A stretch of 64,000 bases of DNA from Pseudomonadales bacterium. Its GTDB lineage: Bacteria; Patescibacteriota; Microgenomatia; UBA1400; PJMF01. Below, piece by piece: positions 49,351 through 57,846 of this stretch (positions are counted from its first letter, which is position 1; each line of letters opens with the position of its first letter). The DNA is taken from the NCBI GenBank assembly GCA_020632255.1, contig JACKFX010000001.1:184216-248215 (forward strand), read 5' to 3'. The position numbers and the translations under genes are program-made. The notes below the pieces were generated by a model. It was given only the letters and a program-made list of their open reading frames with translations, was not told where the DNA came from and searched no databases.

Positions 49351-52300
49351 CTAGTACACAACTAATTCTACTGTATGATCTGGGTTTTCTCTATTATATC
49401 TATCAACCGCTGTTCTCATTTCAGAAATTTCATACTCAGCTATACCATTACCTAGTGATAAGTGAATTGAGGTAATGTCAGTCATATCTAAGCTTCCATG
49501 AATTTGAATTTCTGAATACGAACTATCGAGTGCAGGTACCAGTGATGGAACTGAGAAGTCAGTCTTGGTTGCCTCCCAAAATCTGATCACATTGTATTTT
49601 TTAAGTGCAGACAAGTAATGAGGTTTTTGAACTGGAGAAGGCGGTCGGTCGTTATTTAAACTATCACCAAAAAGGAAAGTAGACTTCTTTTTGGCCTCAT
49701 TAGCAATTCTACAGCCGGCACGACCATATTGTACGACTGTATTTTCGGGAGGATTTTTTCCCACAGAGTTTAAAACGCCATTATTATCTGGGGTAAAGTA
49801 GCCATAAATAGTTCTTGATTGAGGTTTGTAACTTGTTTCATCTGGAAAACCAAAAGTTCTTAGTTCAAAAGCAGCTCTGTAAGAATTAGAAAGACACCCT
49901 CCTGAAGTTTGGGTTTCAAACTGGCTCTTCCATCTTTTGTCTCTTGGAAGAATATGATTCAGGAGAACGCTTACATCTGTGGCTCTAAAGAGTTGTGATT
50001 GGTCCATAGAAACTTCAGTATAGCGTTGAATCTCATCTAAGAATTCTATCAGTGATAGCCCTTCTTTTCTAAGAATTGTTCTTATGTCTCCATGCTCTTC
50101 GATAGATTCTAAGAATCTTTGCTCGTAAATGAGGATATTCTTAAGCAGAGTGATCTCAAGATCAGGATTTGCTTCGACGTTCATTTTTACACTATCCCAA
50201 TCAGCCATATATTCGATGGTGACATCGGATAATTTATTAATATCGAGTTTGTTTACTTTCTCATCATCGGGGAATTTACGTTTTATTTCAATAAGTTGAA
50301 AGAGAGCCTTTTCTTTAACTTTTTCAAAGGCTTCGGCTTGTTCTGCATTTCTTTCTCTTCTGAGAGAAAACATTCTTTTTCGCTTTTCAATTCTTTCTTT
50401 CGAAAAATACGTTATATCAAAAGTCGTACCAAGATATTGTGCAGCCGAAAGGAACATATGAATTTTTTGATGTTCTTGTGCATATGTGATTAGTTCTTTG
50501 GTTTTTACATCCCTGTCATATCCGGAAAGGCTGTCATAATCTATTCCCAAGTAGGAAGCAACAATCTTATTTTCAACCACGCTAAAGGCAAAAGTCATCA
50601 TTTGTCGAAGATCTGTTAGATCACTTTCGTTTAAGTCTGTGGGCAAATCTTCAATTAGTTTAATGTTGTTAACACGTTCTTCGATTGATTTTTGTCTTTC
50701 AGTAACTTGCTCATTTGTAAAGTACGACAGATTAATATCATCATGAGTGTACTTCATACTTGCAAGCAACTTATCGATGATGGATCTTTTTCCAGCAAGC
50801 TCTATTACTTTGCTAATAGTTGAATTAAGGTAGTGACCAGAAACATCCGAGTATTTGATTCCAATCAGGCCGCAAATTTTTTTTATCTGCTGATTTTCCT
50901 TAACAACACTATAAATAGTTTCAATCAGTACTTCAGTATCCGATGAATTTAAGTTTTCAGGAAATTGGGTGCTTAGTTGTTCTATTTTTCTTTTTCTTTC
51001 TTCACCAGCACTACTCGTGAATTCAGTGATATCAATTTCCTCTTTGATATATTTGATAGCAGAAACAAATTTTTGCATCGCATTGTTATTCTGACTTGAA
51101 TCAAGCATTATATGAACTTTATTGTGTAAATCTCCATCAAGAGATGCATATTCGATGTTTAAGTAGTGTGAGAGTAGTTTGACTTCGACAGAAGCAAACG
51201 ATTCATTTGAGATAATTTGCTTTAAGCAAACAAAACTGTAGTCGTCAAATGTATTCGGGATACTTTCGTTGATTTGAATTTGTTCAGCCATTTCAACGAT
51301 TATTTGATTTCTTCTCTCAATTTCTGCAATTGAGAAAGAATCAAGACCATCATCGTTTAAGACGAATTTTGCAGCTGCGATAAACTTGTTAAGTTGTAAC
51401 CTCTTTTTTGCAATAACAAGCAGGTGCTCAACCATATCACTCTCATAGTAATCATCAATTTCAAAGTAATCTACACCGACAAAAGCGCTGATCAAGACAA
51501 TCTGACTTTTAGAGAGAGCATTTTTGGTTTTTTTCTTCAATTCTTCAAATAATTCTGGGTCAAGATCTTCTGGGAAGTCGTTAACGGATTCCAGCATCTT
51601 TTGTTGACGTTTCTCAATATTGCTTTCGGTAAATTGGGAACAATCAAGATCAGGATTAAGAGAACTAAAAGCGGAAAGGAATTTATTGGTAAGAAAGTGC
51701 TCTTGTGAGTATTTTAGAAGTTTACCTGCTTTTTTGATGGCGCTAACATCACTGAACTCATCAGGACCTATATTCATATATGCTAGTATGACCCTGATAT
51801 CATCCTCAGAAATGTTTTCAAGAACAAGAGGGTATAAGATGTGGTATGTTAATTCATCCAGTTTCTGAGGAAAATCCTCATTAAATACAATTTTATCAGC
51901 TTTTTCTTGGACAATCCTTTTTGCTGCTTCTATGCTTTCTATTGTAAATTCTGATAAAGAAATATGATCAATTGTCACCTCAACAGCTGACAAAAATTTA
52001 TTAACCTGTGCTTTTTCTTTGACTAATCGAAGTGTATTCTGCACTTTATCACTTATATAATAGCCTTCGACATCTTCCATACTAAGACCTAATGCATCTA
52101 AAATTTGCATAAGTTCAGCTGCAGTTATTTCAAACTGGATTTCTTCAAGAAGTCTAGTTTCATAGTAAGCGTCAATAGTAGTTGGATATTTATTAGCTGT
52201 TGCCTCCATCTCCTTTTGTTTGTTATCGATATATTCTTGGGTGAATCGCGTGAGATCGAGGTCTTTTTCGAGGTACACTACGGCTGAAAGAAGTTTATCT

Positions 52301-53952
52301 AGTAGTGAGTGTTCATTTGCATACTCAATAAGACTAGTGATTTTTTGATGGGTAAAATCGCCCTCTAGACTGTCGTAGTCAGCGCCAATATAGGCAGCGA
52401 TAACTTTTGAGTCCTCTTTCTCAATTTTCCAAGAGAGCTCACTAACTAAGTTATTAAGATACAATTGGCTCACTGATTTTGGATACTCACTACGCAATGT
52501 AATTGCTATTACGGATTCTTCAATATATCTACGTCTTTTATCAATATCTTCTTTTGTATAGTATGTCAAGTCAAGTCCATCAAAGAGAATGCTAATTGCT
52601 GAGAGAAATTTGTGTGTCACTTTTTTTTCTTGGACTTGATTGAAAATATTTGCAATTTCTCTGGAATAAGTTCGATCTTCAATACTTACGTATGGAATAT
52701 CAAGAAAGGTGCATAATGAGTTGATTATGTCATCATCAAGAAATGCATCCTTAATCTCTTCAAGAAGAATGTTAAAACTAGTTTGATCTAGTGTAGGATA
52801 AAAAACATCTTGAGATGCTTCTAAAGCAGCAGCTCTCTTTTTTAAAGATTCTTTTGTAAAAATCTTAAAGTCACCTGGGATATATTCTTTTCGGTAACTT
52901 GCGAAATAGATTACAGCTGACAGAAGCTTATGCATCACTGCATGATCTTGTGCATATCTAATTATGTTTTTTGCTTCAGTAGAGTAGTGTGACGCTTCCA
53001 CCTCTTCGTAGTCTGCTCCAATAAATGCAACGATTCTTTTGGCTTCATATTCAGAATGTATATTTCTTGAAATGACTCTCGTTAGTTTTGTTATACTTAA
53101 AACATCAAGTGATTCTGGGTAATCTTCTTCTTTGGCAGCAAGCTTTTCATTCAGTTTGAAAATTTCGTGGTAAAATTCTAAATCGACCTCATCTTTTTTG
53201 ATGTATTGCACTGCTGATAAAAACCTATCAAAAAGAGAATTGCCTTCTGCAAATTCAATCAGCGATGCAAATTCAATCTGCGATGAGATGCTTGTCGTGT
53301 GTGTTTCAGAAACAATCAACTCAGGATCTGCCCCGATATATTGAGCAATTACCTTTAATTCTGACTTTGTAAGTTTGTGTTGTAATTGTTCTGTCAGTGT
53401 ACGAATGTCATGTCCACTTAATGATTTTGGAAATTCATCAATGTAGGGAATTTTATCAGCTTCTTCTACTAGTTCCTCTTTTTCTCTCCTAGTTCTTGCT
53501 ATATCAAGCGCCATCAGTCTTGCGGGGGAGTCCGCATATAAACCAGGTGTTGAAATAGAACTATATGGTTCGCGTCTAGTCAATATATCTCTTATATCGT
53601 AGGAATCAAAAGGAGCATATAAATCGGATTTTTTCTCTTCTGATGTAGGGAATTTAATATCTGGGAAATCTTCTCCAATTCTAATTTTAAGGTCATCAGT
53701 TTCAAACCTAATACCTGGGAAATCTTCTCTAATTTCAAGGCCCTCGGTAGTAGCGGGTGTCATTATATCTACATCACCTAAAGGCTCTGAAATAGTTTCT
53801 TCTGGGTGAGTTTTTTTCATTGCGCGTCGAAGCATTCTAGCGAGTATACTTTTGCCAAATGAATACGGTGTATCGTCATCACCTATTTTGTAGTCAGGTT
53901 TATCTGGGTGTGACTCAATTAGCTTCTTGAATTCGTGAAATTCTGTTGTCAT
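49351..53952 (-). CDS. giant (1533 aa) repeat protein: unique N-terminal region, ~10 tandem ~105-aa novel repeats, distinct ~250-aa C-terminal domain
   Basis: Repeats share (I/V)xx(Y/F)(I/L)G(A/I)DY(D/E), then ~30 aa later (K/R)(F/L)LSA(V/I)xY(I/L/F), then D(L/I)(T/D)x(F/Y)(T/S)xE. No signal peptide, no known motif seen. TATAAT 7 nt upstream of the ATG suggests a leaderless transcript. Confidence 0.7.
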   Translation of the reverse strand: MTTEFHEFKKLIESHPDKPDYKIGDDDTPYSFGKSILARMLRRAMKKTHPEETISEPLGDVDIMTPATTEGLEIREDFPGIRFETDDLKIRIGEDFPDIKFPTSEEKKSDLYAPFDSYDIRDILTRREPYSSISTPGLYADSPARLMALDIARTRREKEELVEEADKIPYIDEFPKSLSGHDIRTLTEQLQHKLTKSELKVIAQYIGADPELIVSETHTTSISSQIEFASLIEFAEGNSLFDRFLSAVQYIKKDEVDLEFYHEIFKLNEKLAAKEEDYPESLDVLSITKLTRVISRNIHSEYEAKRIVAFIGADYEEVEASHYSTEAKNIIRYAQDHAVMHKLLSAVIYFASYRKEYIPGDFKIFTKESLKKRAAALEASQDVFYPTLDQTSFNILLEEIKDAFLDDDIINSLCTFLDIPYVSIEDRTYSREIANIFNQVQEKKVTHKFLSAISILFDGLDLTYYTKEDIDKRRRYIEESVIAITLRSEYPKSVSQLYLNNLVSELSWKIEKEDSKVIAAYIGADYDSLEGDFTHQKITSLIEYANEHSLLDKLLSAVVYLEKDLDLTRFTQEYIDNKQKEMEATANKYPTTIDAYYETRLLEEIQFEITAAELMQILDALGLSMEDVEGYYISDKVQNTLRLVKEKAQVNKFLSAVEVTIDHISLSEFTIESIEAAKRIVQEKADKIVFNEDFPQKLDELTYHILYPLVLENISEDDIRVILAYMNIGPDEFSDVSAIKKAGKLLKYSQEHFLTNKFLSAFSSLNPDLDCSQFTESNIEKRQQKMLESVNDFPEDLDPELFEELKKKTKNALSKSQIVLISAFVGVDYFEIDDYYESDMVEHLLVIAKKRLQLNKFIAAAKFVLNDDGLDSFSIAEIERRNQIIVEMAEQIQINESIPNTFDDYSFVCLKQIISNESFASVEVKLLSHYLNIEYASLDGDLHNKVHIMLDSSQNNNAMQKFVSAIKYIKEEIDITEFTSSAGEERKRKIEQLSTQFPENLNSSDTEVLIETIYSVVKENQQIKKICGLIGIKYSDVSGHYLNSTISKVIELAGKRSIIDKLLASMKYTHDDINLSYFTNEQVTERQKSIEERVNNIKLIEDLPTDLNESDLTDLRQMMTFAFSVVENKIVASYLGIDYDSLSGYDRDVKTKELITYAQEHQKIHMFLSAAQYLGTTFDITYFSKERIEKRKRMFSLRRERNAEQAEAFEKVKEKALFQLIEIKRKFPDDEKVNKLDINKLSDVTIEYMADWDSVKMNVEANPDLEITLLKNILIYEQRFLESIEEHGDIRTILRKEGLSLIEFLDEIQRYTEVSMDQSQLFRATDVSVLLNHILPRDKRWKSQFETQTSGGCLSNSYRAAFELRTFGFPDETSYKPQSRTIYGYFTPDNNGVLNSVGKNPPENTVVQYGRAGCRIANEAKKKSTFLFGDSLNNDRPPSPVQKPHYLSALKKYNVIRFWEATKTDFSVPSLVPALDSSYSEIQIHGSLDMTDITSIHLSLGNGIAEYEISEMRTAVDRYNRENPDHTVELVVY

Positions 53953-53959
53953 AGAAAAA

Positions 53960-53965
53960 ATTATA
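53960..53965 (-). promoter_or_regulatory. -10 box (TATAAT) 7 nt upstream of the giant gene's ATG; possible leaderless transcript
   Basis: Minus strand reads taggTATAATtttttctATGACA. No Shine-Dalgarno is present. Confidence 0.35.
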
Positions 53966-54061
53966 CCTATTTTTTATTGGCTATGTAATAACAAAAAAAG
54001 GAATTTTTTATAGTAAAATATTTTGACCAAGTACTGAATTAAAACAAGCTTAACTGTAACT

Positions 54062-54355
54062 TTATTTTTTCAGTTGTGATTCGATATTACTCATTGTTTC
54101 TTTGGAGAAAAGTCTTAAAAGCATAGACATATAGGCATTTCTCTCATTTTGATCAACAATTTCTTCCCAAGGATTAAATTTGAGATGAAGTTCTAGTGGA
54201 TGTGGTTCGTTTATTACTCTTTTAGTAGTGTCAATTTTTATAGCCTTAACAGTAGCTTGTTTTCTAGGATTTCCAAGTTTAGTTACGTCACTTTTATTAA
54301 TTACTAACAGTAAGTCGGCAAGTTTAGCTATTGGGTAAATTTCGGGTTTTTTCAT
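54062..54355 (-). CDS. small partner-protein paralog (97 aa) of 49053-49343
   Basis: MKKPEIYPIAKLADLLLVINKSDV...KIDTTKRVINEPHPLELHLKFNPWEEI is colinear with the partner protein. Confidence 0.6.
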   Translation of the reverse strand: MKKPEIYPIAKLADLLLVINKSDVTKLGNPRKQATVKAIKIDTTKRVINEPHPLELHLKFNPWEEIVDQNERNAYMSMLLRLFSKETMSNIESQLKK

Positions 54356-54369
54356 ATTAAGTATATAAC

Positions 54370-54500
54370 CATCTCAACGGGATAATCTGGATATAGTTGA
54401 TTATACTCTAAGACTGCTTGTTTCATCTGACCAATTTATTTTCGGGTGATATTATTATTCTTTGATAGATGAATTGAGGTAATATCATTCATGGTAACTT
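54370..54500 (-). pseudogene. degenerate remnant of a giant-protein C-terminal coding end (orphan C-terminal cassette)
   Basis: 54380-54500 aligns by eye at ~65-70% identity with the last ~45 codons of the giant gene (49365-49500), e.g. gata(g/a)(a/g)tgaattgaggtaat(a/g)tca, with indels and frameshifts. No ORF remains. Confidence 0.55.
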
Positions 54501-54510
54501 CACCATTGAA

Positions 54511-55305
54511 TTAGTTGCCCACCACAACATACGCTTCCATCAACTCAACAGTTGCGCTGGTAGTTTTGCCATCCACTGCGGTCTCGAAGCTTGTCCACTC
54601 GGTTCCATTCCAGCCCATGATGGTGAGTGCACCTTCATGTTTTGCACGGATGCTGAGTTCTGCTTCACCTGAAAGAATTGTATTACTGGTCAAAGAATAA
54701 ACTTCTGAAGCTAACTTACCTTCAAGTTCGCCTGGGTATCCTGGAGAGTTGTAGATAATCAGCAAGCTGTTTCGAGCCAAATCTTCAGAATCAATCTGAA
54801 AAAAGGCATCTTTGGAAGCAAAGGCTGTTTCGCCGTTGTTTTCAATGTATTTCCAGTCAGACTTAAGGTCATAGTTGTTGTCTCCTGTGTAGAAAGCTCG
54901 GAGTTCTCCCCCCTTCACATCTTCGTGATAGGTACATGATCCACCTGCACTACAGCTGCCAAGCAAGATTTTATCTTCTGCAGGCAGGCTCATCAGGTCA
55001 ATCTCACCAAAGGCACCCTGGAGGAGTGAACCCGTTTGGTACTCAAGTTCGTACTCTGCAGCATCTGCAGCCAGTTTAACTTCTTCAACTTCAATGACAA
55101 CATTTCGGCTATCAACAGGGACGATGCGCATGTATGGGCGTTCTGCGACGTCGATGACATTGTAGTTACGTATAGTGGTTTTCTTTTTTGTTGGCTCCTC
55201 TGTAGCTGTTTCTGCAGGTTTGCGGGTCATCATGTAGGCACCGACACCGATACCGAGTAACACCAAGACAGCTACGACACCTGCAATAACTTTTTTATTC
55301 TTCAT
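54511..55305 (-). CDS. hypothetical membrane-anchored/secreted protein (264 aa)
   Basis: N-terminal TM/signal anchor (VIAGVVAVLVLLGIGVGAYMM), then a mostly beta-type domain. Its 3' end is duplicated at 48841-48935. Confidence 0.5.
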   Translation of the reverse strand: MKNKKVIAGVVAVLVLLGIGVGAYMMTRKPAETATEEPTKKKTTIRNYNVIDVAERPYMRIVPVDSRNVVIEVEEVKLAADAAEYELEYQTGSLLQGAFGEIDLMSLPAEDKILLGSCSAGGSCTYHEDVKGGELRAFYTGDNNYDLKSDWKYIENNGETAFASKDAFFQIDSEDLARNSLLIIYNSPGYPGELEGKLASEVYSLTSNTILSGEAELSIRAKHEGALTIMGWNGTEWTSFETAVDGKTTSATVELMEAYVVVGN

Positions 55306-55350
55306 AATACTCTTTCGTACTTAGTACTTTCCTTTTTTGAAGGATAACTT

Positions 55351-56760
55351 CTACTCTAGCATGGAGGCAATGTATGCTTCAAGATCGGCGATCTTGATTC
55401 GGACTTGATCTGTTGTGTCACGGTCACGTACAGTGACACTCTCATCTTCGAGAGATTCAAAGTCAACGGTAATACACATTGGGGTTCCAATTTCATCCTG
55501 ATACAGGTAGCGTTTACCAATATTTCCCCGCTCGTCCCAAGTTATAGTAAACTTGGCTGAGAGTTGGTTGTAGATTTCTTTTGCCTTGTGTACGAGTTCG
55601 GGTTTGTTCTTGAGTAGTGGGAACACAGCAGCCTTGTAGGGAGCCAAGGATGGTTTGAGTTTAAGCACCGTACGGTTTCGCTCTGCATCTTCTTCATATG
55701 CATCGGTTAAGACCATCAAGAAAGCACGGTTAATACCCAGCGCAGGCTCGATCACATGAGGAATAAAAACTTCGTTCGTATGTGGATCTCTGTACTCAAG
55801 TGATTGGCCTGAGTGTTCCATGTGTTGCTTGAGGTCATAGTCAGTTCGGTAGGCAATGCCCCAGAGTTCCTTCCAACCAAAACTAAAGTTGTAGTCGAGG
55901 TCGTAAGTGTCTTTACTGTAGAAGCTGCGTTCGGCATCAGAGTGACGGCGCCATCGCAGGTTCTCTTCTCGGACACCAAGTACAGCAGTCACAAAAGTGT
56001 GCATGTCGAACTTCCACTCTTCAAGGAGCTCTTCCCACTTGGTTTGGTTTGGGTTGAAGAAGTACTCGATTTCTGCTTGTTCGAACTCGAGGGTTCGGAA
56101 GACAAACTGACCGGTAGTAATTTCATTGCGGAAGCTTTTACCCATCTGACCCACACCAAACGGCAACTGCACTCGAGTAGAGTCTAAAATATTGCGGAAG
56201 TTAGTAAAGATTCCTTGGGCGGTTTCTCCGCGCATGTAGATCTTAGATTTGTCGTCGGCAACAGTACCGATGGCGGTTTCAAACAGGAGGTTAAAGGCTT
56301 TTGGCTCGGTGACGGCGTTACCATCAGGGCTCAAGATCTTGTTTTCGGTAATGAAAGCTCCCATTTCCTCTACGGAAAGGTCTTCGACTACCATACTTTC
56401 AAACTCAGTTTTGCCATTTTTAACCTGGCGTGCTATCCAGTCTTCAATTAAGTGATCAGCGCGGTAGCGTTTTTTGGTGACTACATCATCTACTAGAGGA
56501 TCACTGAATGATCCCACATGGCCAGACGCAACCCAGGTGTCAGGATGCAGTAAGATTTGTGAATCAAGACCGACCATATCTGCACGGCGAGAAATAAAGG
56601 TATCCCACCAGGCATTCTTAATGTTGCGGAGCAACTCAGAACCTAATGGACCGTAGTCGTATGAGTTGGCGAGACCACCATAAATGTTTGATGTGGGATA
56701 GACGAACCCGCGGCGTTTGGCGAGAGCTACAATAGTGTCGAGTGATGGTTGCTTTGGCAT
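55351..56760 (-). CDS. glyQS: glycyl-tRNA synthetase, alpha2 (GlyQS) type
   Basis: MPKQPSLDTIVALAKRRGFVYPTSNIYGGLANSYDYGPLGSELLRNIKNAWW, class II motifs. Start moved to the internal ATG (56760) because the upstream in-frame extension overlaps the leader RNA. Confidence 0.85.
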   Translation of the reverse strand: MPKQPSLDTIVALAKRRGFVYPTSNIYGGLANSYDYGPLGSELLRNIKNAWWDTFISRRADMVGLDSQILLHPDTWVASGHVGSFSDPLVDDVVTKKRYRADHLIEDWIARQVKNGKTEFESMVVEDLSVEEMGAFITENKILSPDGNAVTEPKAFNLLFETAIGTVADDKSKIYMRGETAQGIFTNFRNILDSTRVQLPFGVGQMGKSFRNEITTGQFVFRTLEFEQAEIEYFFNPNQTKWEELLEEWKFDMHTFVTAVLGVREENLRWRRHSDAERSFYSKDTYDLDYNFSFGWKELWGIAYRTDYDLKQHMEHSGQSLEYRDPHTNEVFIPHVIEPALGINRAFLMVLTDAYEEDAERNRTVLKLKPSLAPYKAAVFPLLKNKPELVHKAKEIYNQLSAKFTITWDERGNIGKRYLYQDEIGTPMCITVDFESLEDESVTVRDRDTTDQVRIKIADLEAYIASMLE

Positions 56761-56966
56761 AGAACCCTTTCTGGTTTTACCCCTTGGGATATAAATAATC
56801 CCTACAGTACTAATCATACGTGTAGGGACCCTGCCGGGCGGTTCCACCCTCGTTCCACGCGGTTGCATTTGCAGGTGCGTGACACTTTTTTGTGAGAATA
56901 CTTACTTCCTTACTTGAGAGAAAGGTCACTTGCCAAGGGTGAAAGCTATCTGGCCAAATTATAGCA
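56761..56966 (-). promoter_or_regulatory. glyQS leader: putative glycine T-box riboswitch with extended -10 promoter and terminator
   Basis: On the minus strand: TGCTATAAT (56958-56966); specifier-like CTTGGCAAG with GGC followed by A; T-box-like AGGGTGGAACCGCC (56836-56849); terminator TCCCTACA...TGTAGGGA (56799-56828) then ATTATTTAT. Confidence 0.55.
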
Positions 56967-57212
56967 CATATCCAACCACTTTTGCACTGACTATGTTGTC
57001 AGTCACTCTCCTGACTATACGTTAGCAAGAGTGGCCACAACAAACTGATCTTTAACAGGGTTATTAGGTTTCTCCATATAAGAGATGAACGTTTGGCTTG
57101 TTGGCTACATAAAAAGCAACACAGAGCTTATATATCTGTAGGTTGTGTGTTGTTTTTTACTGTCGTCCAGCAGTAAGCTGGACTTTTTGAATTTACTTTA
57201 AGGAGAATTGAA

Positions 57213-57794
57213 ATGAACTTTTACGGTTTTGATCGCACAGGAAAGTTGGTTTTTGGATTTGAAGTCAAAGAAGAAAAAAATGAACGCAGCAGCCATCCGC
57301 AACGCAAAGTTGTAGTTGGCAAGCGTTTCTTAAATGTTCGTTGGCCTGTACAAGCCAACAAGGACGGCCGAATCTTGGCCGGCTCCTTCGATTTATCCAA
57401 CCGGTTCCCCACCATCGTCAATAAAGGCGATGATGGGGGAAATAATACTGCCATCATCTTCGATGCTTCTGGCTTGCCGATGTGCAAGCTGGAAGTTAAG
57501 ATTTATCGTGAAAACGAAGAAGTCGAGCCAGAAGTGTATTTGGCTGACTTTGGGGAAGGAGTTGGGACGAAATTTGTTACAGCTCTTGTAACACTTCATG
57601 AGGGTGATGAGGTTGAAGTAACTTCATCCTATCGCGGCGACGAGTACGTCGTTGCAAAAATCACCTGGGAAGATGGAAAGCCGGTTCGCTGGCAAGCCTC
57701 TTCTCAAGAACTGGCGAAGATGAAAACTGCCCAGTCCCACAAAACGGCTGACCGCACGCGGCGGCGCCTGAATTGGGAACAAAAACATAAATAA
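57213..57794 (+). CDS. hypothetical protein (193 aa)
   Basis: Strong Shine-Dalgarno (AAGGAGaattgaaATG). Terminator follows directly. No recognisable motif. Confidence 0.5.
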   Translation: MNFYGFDRTGKLVFGFEVKEEKNERSSHPQRKVVVGKRFLNVRWPVQANKDGRILAGSFDLSNRFPTIVNKGDDGGNNTAIIFDASGLPMCKLEVKIYRENEEVEPEVYLADFGEGVGTKFVTALVTLHEGDEVEVTSSYRGDEYVVAKITWEDGKPVRWQASSQELAKMKTAQSHKTADRTRRRLNWEQKHK

Positions 57795-57810
57795 TGCCTA
57801 GCACCCCTTA

Positions 57811-57842
57811 AAGAAAAGCCCCACTCGAGAGTGGGGCTTTTT
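57811..57842. terminator. bidirectional intrinsic terminator between the 193-aa gene and murF
   Basis: A-run, then AGCCCCAC-tcgaga-GTGGGGCT, then TTTTT. Confidence 0.7.
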
Positions 57843-57846
57843 GCGT

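Noticed and set aside
49344-49361. TTG start for the small partner gene used by the ORF track (MCTRRIM...)
   Set aside because: The in-frame ATG at 49343 is preceded by an AGGAGA Shine-Dalgarno and gives an N-terminus (MTQAEIYPIAKLAD) colinear with the paralog (MKKPEIYPIAKLAD). The TTG version would overlap the giant gene.
56761-56868. N-terminal 36-codon extension of glyQS in the ORF track (MQPRGTRVEPPGRVP...)
   Set aside because: Overlaps the T-box-like leader and terminator hairpin and is Arg/Pro-rich from GC-rich RNA structure. The conserved GlyRS N-terminus starts at the internal MPKQPS.
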